From: a virus
Taxonomy: Duplodnaviria; Heunggongvirae; Uroviricota; Caudoviricetes
IMG/VR virus record: IMGVR_UViG_2529293138_000011
Location: 1-40,429 of that record
Strand: one strand, 5' to 3'
DNA: 40,429 nt
Both the position numbers and the translations under genes were made by a program. Positions 39,182 through 40,429 of the stretch are shown piece by piece (the stretch's first letter is position 1; the number at the start of each line of letters is the position of its first letter). The notes beneath the pieces were generated by a model that did not search any database, was not told where the DNA came from, and worked only from the letters and a program-made list of their open reading frames with translations.

Positions 39182-40429
39182 CTATATTGCTGAAGGTACA
39201 GGCGTTTCCATAACTATTTGCTCGCGTTTTTTACTCAGGAAGAAAATGCCAAATAGCAACATCAGGCAGACAATACCCGAAATTGCGAAGAAAACTGTCT
39301 GGTAGCCTGCGTGGTCAAAGAGTATCCCAGTCGGCGTTGAAAGCAGCACAATCCCAAGCGAACTGGCAATTTGAAAACCAATCAGAAAGATCGTCGACGA
39401 CAGGCGCTTATCAAAGTTTGCCACGCTGTATTTGAAGACGGATATGACACAAAGTGGAACCTCAATGGCATGTAACAGCTTCACTAATGAAATAATCCAG
39501 GGGTTAACGAACAGCGCGCAGGAAAGGATACGCAACGCCATAATCACAACACCGATAAGTAATGCATTTTTTGGCCCTACCCGATTCACAAAGAACGGAA
39601 TAATCGCCATGCACAGCGCTTCGAGTACCACCTGGAATGAGTTGAGATAACCATACAGGCGCGTTCCTACATCGTGTGATTCGAATAAACCTGCATAAAA
39701 GACAGGAAAAAGTTGTTGATCAAAAATGTTATAGAAAGACCACGTCCCAACAATAAATATGACGAAAACCCAGAAGTTTCGATCCTTGAAAACTGCGATA
39801 AAATCCTCTTTTTTTACCCCTCCCGCATCCGCCGCTACGCACTGGTGATCCTTATCTTTAAAACACATGTTGATCATCATAAATACAGCGCCAAATAGCG
39901 AGACCAACCAGAAGTTAATATGGGGACTGATACTAAAAAATATGCCGGCAAAGAACGCGCCAATAGCATAGCCAAAAGATCCCCAGGCGCGCGCTGTTCC
40001 ATATTCGAAATGAAAATTTCGCGCCATTTTTTCGGTGAAGCTGTCAAGCAAACCGCATCCCGCCAGATACCCCAGGCCAAAAAAGAGCGCCCCCAGAATT
40101 AAACCTACAGAAAAATTGCTTTGCAGTAACGGTTCATAAACGTAAATCATAAACGGTCCGGTCAAGACCAGGATAAAACTCATACACCAGATGAGCGGTT
40201 TCTTCAGACCGAGTTTATCCTGAACGATGCCGTAGAACATCATAAATAGAATGCTGGTAAACTGGTTGACCGAATAAAGTGTACCTAATTCCGTCCCTGT
40301 CAACCCTAGATGTCCTTTCAGCCAAATAGCGTATAACGACCACCACAGCGACCAGGAAATAAAAAAGAGAAATGAGTAACTGGATGCAAAACGATAGTAC
40401 GCATTTCTGAATGGGATATTCAGTGCCAT
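39182..40429 (-). CDS. cscB: Sucrose:H+ symporter (oligosaccharide/H+ symporter family, LacY-like MFS permease)
   Basis: 415 aa MALNIPFRNAYYRFASSYSFLFFISWSLWWSLYAIWLKGHLGLTGTELGTLYSVNQF..., which I recognise as E. coli CscB; 12-TM MFS composition. Host gene outside the prophage. Confidence 0.85.
   Translation of the reverse strand: MALNIPFRNAYYRFASSYSFLFFISWSLWWSLYAIWLKGHLGLTGTELGTLYSVNQFTSILFMMFYGIVQDKLGLKKPLIWCMSFILVLTGPFMIYVYEPLLQSNFSVGLILGALFFGLGYLAGCGLLDSFTEKMARNFHFEYGTARAWGSFGYAIGAFFAGIFFSISPHINFWLVSLFGAVFMMINMCFKDKDHQCVAADAGGVKKEDFIAVFKDRNFWVFVIFIVGTWSFYNIFDQQLFPVFYAGLFESHDVGTRLYGYLNSFQVVLEALCMAIIPFFVNRVGPKNALLIGVVIMALRILSCALFVNPWIISLVKLLHAIEVPLCVISVFKYSVANFDKRLSSTIFLIGFQIASSLGIVLLSTPTGILFDHAGYQTVFFAISGIVCLMLLFGIFFLSKKREQIVMETPVPSAI

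Overview
This window is almost entirely one mosaic P22-like/lambdoid prophage (about 1..38740) next to a host sucrose-permease gene (cscB, 39182..40429, minus strand). All protein identifications come from reading the supplied ORF translations against remembered phage proteins; no database search was run. Coordinates not taken from the ORF track were hand-indexed and may be off by 1-2 nt. The gene order is: P4-type integrase (IntS-like) | tailspike, ant-arc-mnt (P22 immI) | a three-gene moron cassette | P22-type ejection, tail, coat, scaffold, portal and terminase genes | a GIY-YIG-like moron | lambda-type Rz/Rz1-R-S lysis genes | an HNH endonuclease inserted in the pR'-tR' leader | lambda Q | nin region | primase-helicase and O-like initiator with an internal iteron origin | cII-cro-OR-cI | a membrane protein | OL/pL-nutL-N-cIII | RecT recombination module and accessory early genes | AlpA-like excisionase | attR core resembling the 3' end of tRNA-Arg (argW). 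The most unusual observations are a tailspike split by a frameshift inside a 7-nt homopolymer, an array of GATC-containing 22-24 bp repeats beside an uncharacterised moron cassette, two homing-endonuclease-like morons sharing a ~100-bp leader, and a small membrane protein in the cI-downstream slot. I could not identify any single system with confidence as novel; the moron cassette with its repeat array is the best candidate.
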